From IMG/VR virus record IMGVR_UViG_3300048073_000007: a stretch of DNA of 42,169 bases; one strand, written 5' to 3'. This document shows positions 41,526 to 42,169 of the stretch, in pieces. The notes beneath the pieces were generated by a model. The model was not told where the DNA came from, did not search any database, and saw only the letters and a program-made list of their open reading frames with translations. Each line of letters starts with the position of its first letter. The stretch's first letter is position 1. This DNA comes from a virus. Position numbers and translations under genes: made by a program.

Positions 41526-42140
41526 TCATAGGGCCTCCTGAATGTACAGTTCAGCAAACGTGCGCGCGCTGATGCGCTCATACTCCGCGCGGGCCGGGGC
41601 GCTGATGCGCTGGTACTCCGCGTAGGCCGCGTCGCGGATGCGCTGGTACTCCGCGTAGGCCGGGGCGCTGATGCGCTGGTACTCCGCGTAGGCCGCGGCG
41701 CTGATGCGCTCATACTCCGCGCGGGCCGGGGCGCTGATGCGCTGGTACTCCGCGTAGGCCGCGTCGCTGATGCGCTGGTACTCCGCGTAGGCCGCGTCGC
41801 GGATGCGCTGGTACTCCGCGCGGGCCGCGTCGCTGATGCGCTGGTACTCCGCGTAGGCCGCGTCGCGGATGCGCTGGTACTCCGCGTAGGCCGGGGCGCT
41901 GATGCGCTGGTACTCCGCGCGGGCCGGGGCGCTGATGCGCTCGTACTCCGCGCGGGTCGCGACGCTTAGAAACTGGCGCGCAGCAAAATCGAAATCGAAG
42001 TCGCCGGCGTGTTGCTCCGCCAAGGGCACAGTCACGGCGACGCTGCCGCCGAACAATTCGGCGAAGCGCTCACGTGCCTGTGAGCACGCGCCAACGCGCG
42101 CCAGGTCGGCGAGCGTGAGAATGCGGGAATTGGTGCTCAT
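41526..42140 (-). CDS. Protein with a 63-aa N-domain (GACSQARERF motif) followed by 12 hendecapeptide repeats AEY[Q/E]RI[S/R][A/D][P/A]A[R/Y]
   Basis: 204 aa. AGAGGA RBS. The repeat fills residues 64..195. Confidence 0.8.
   Translation of the reverse strand: MSTNSRILTLADLARVGACSQARERFAELFGGSVAVTVPLAEQHAGDFDFDFAARQFLSVATRAEYERISAPARAEYQRISAPAYAEYQRIRDAAYAEYQRISDAARAEYQRIRDAAYAEYQRISDAAYAEYQRISAPARAEYERISAAAYAEYQRISAPAYAEYQRIRDAAYAEYQRISAPARAEYERISARTFAELYIQEAL
41556..41951 (-). repeat. 33-bp tandem repeat x12, in frame
   Basis: Example coding unit GAC GCG GCC TAC GCG GAG TAC CAG CGC ATC AGC. Confidence 0.95.
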
Positions 42141-42169
42141 CGGTTCAATCCTCTTTGTGTGCGTCGCGC
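41994..42169. repeat. 176-bp direct repeat, copy 2 (its last 127 bp also equal 1..127)
   Basis: Exact match to 41279..41454. Confidence 0.9.

Overview
The window reads as a complete phage genome of about 42 kb. The first 127 bp are identical to the last 127 bp, so it is either terminally redundant or a circular or permuted assembly with overlapping ends. The virion module follows P22 gene order: small and large terminase, portal with a long Q/A-rich C-terminal barrel, scaffold, P22-type coat, gp4-like adaptor, gp10-like hub, a needle-position protein, a gp14-position protein, three ejection-protein-sized genes, then tail fibre and tailspike. Composition is high G+C, consistent with a Burkholderia- or Bordetella-like host, but the host is an inference. 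Transcription has three parts. (i) A divergent early control region lies at 3538..3650. (ii) A leftward early operon (minus strand, 3537 down to 1, continuing 42169 down to 38892) encodes recombination functions: Sak/Rad52-like annealase, mini-SSB, NinB, YbcO-like protein and Ea22-like protein. (iii) A rightward operon encodes a Cro/YdaS-like HTH protein, zinc-ribbon proteins, a C5 DNA methyltransferase, a VRR-NUC-type nuclease and a Q-like late regulator, followed by a late promoter, a leader of about 190 nt with a terminator, and all late genes. The most unusual content is four leftward-operon genes, each built around a different near-perfect in-frame tandem repeat (27, 12, 18 and 33 bp, giving 9-, 4-, 6- and 11-residue protein repeats). 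A 176-bp duplication and microhomology junctions show that one of these genes was spliced between ssb and ninB. Other points of interest: an ORF-free, hairpin- and iteron-rich stretch of about 370 nt after the cro-like gene; a compositionally foreign 5-kb fibre and NHL-propeller module between the late promoter and the terminase; 3 kb of extra genes between portal and scaffold; a glycosyltransferase-methyltransferase fusion inside the head module; an antisense HNH endonuclease inside a lysis cassette crowded with tiny membrane ORFs; and several micro-ORFs with overlapping start and stop codons. I recognised no integrase, CI-type repressor, replication enzyme, tRNA, CRISPR array or reverse transcriptase. 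All functional calls rest on motif and synteny recognition by eye; no database search was run.
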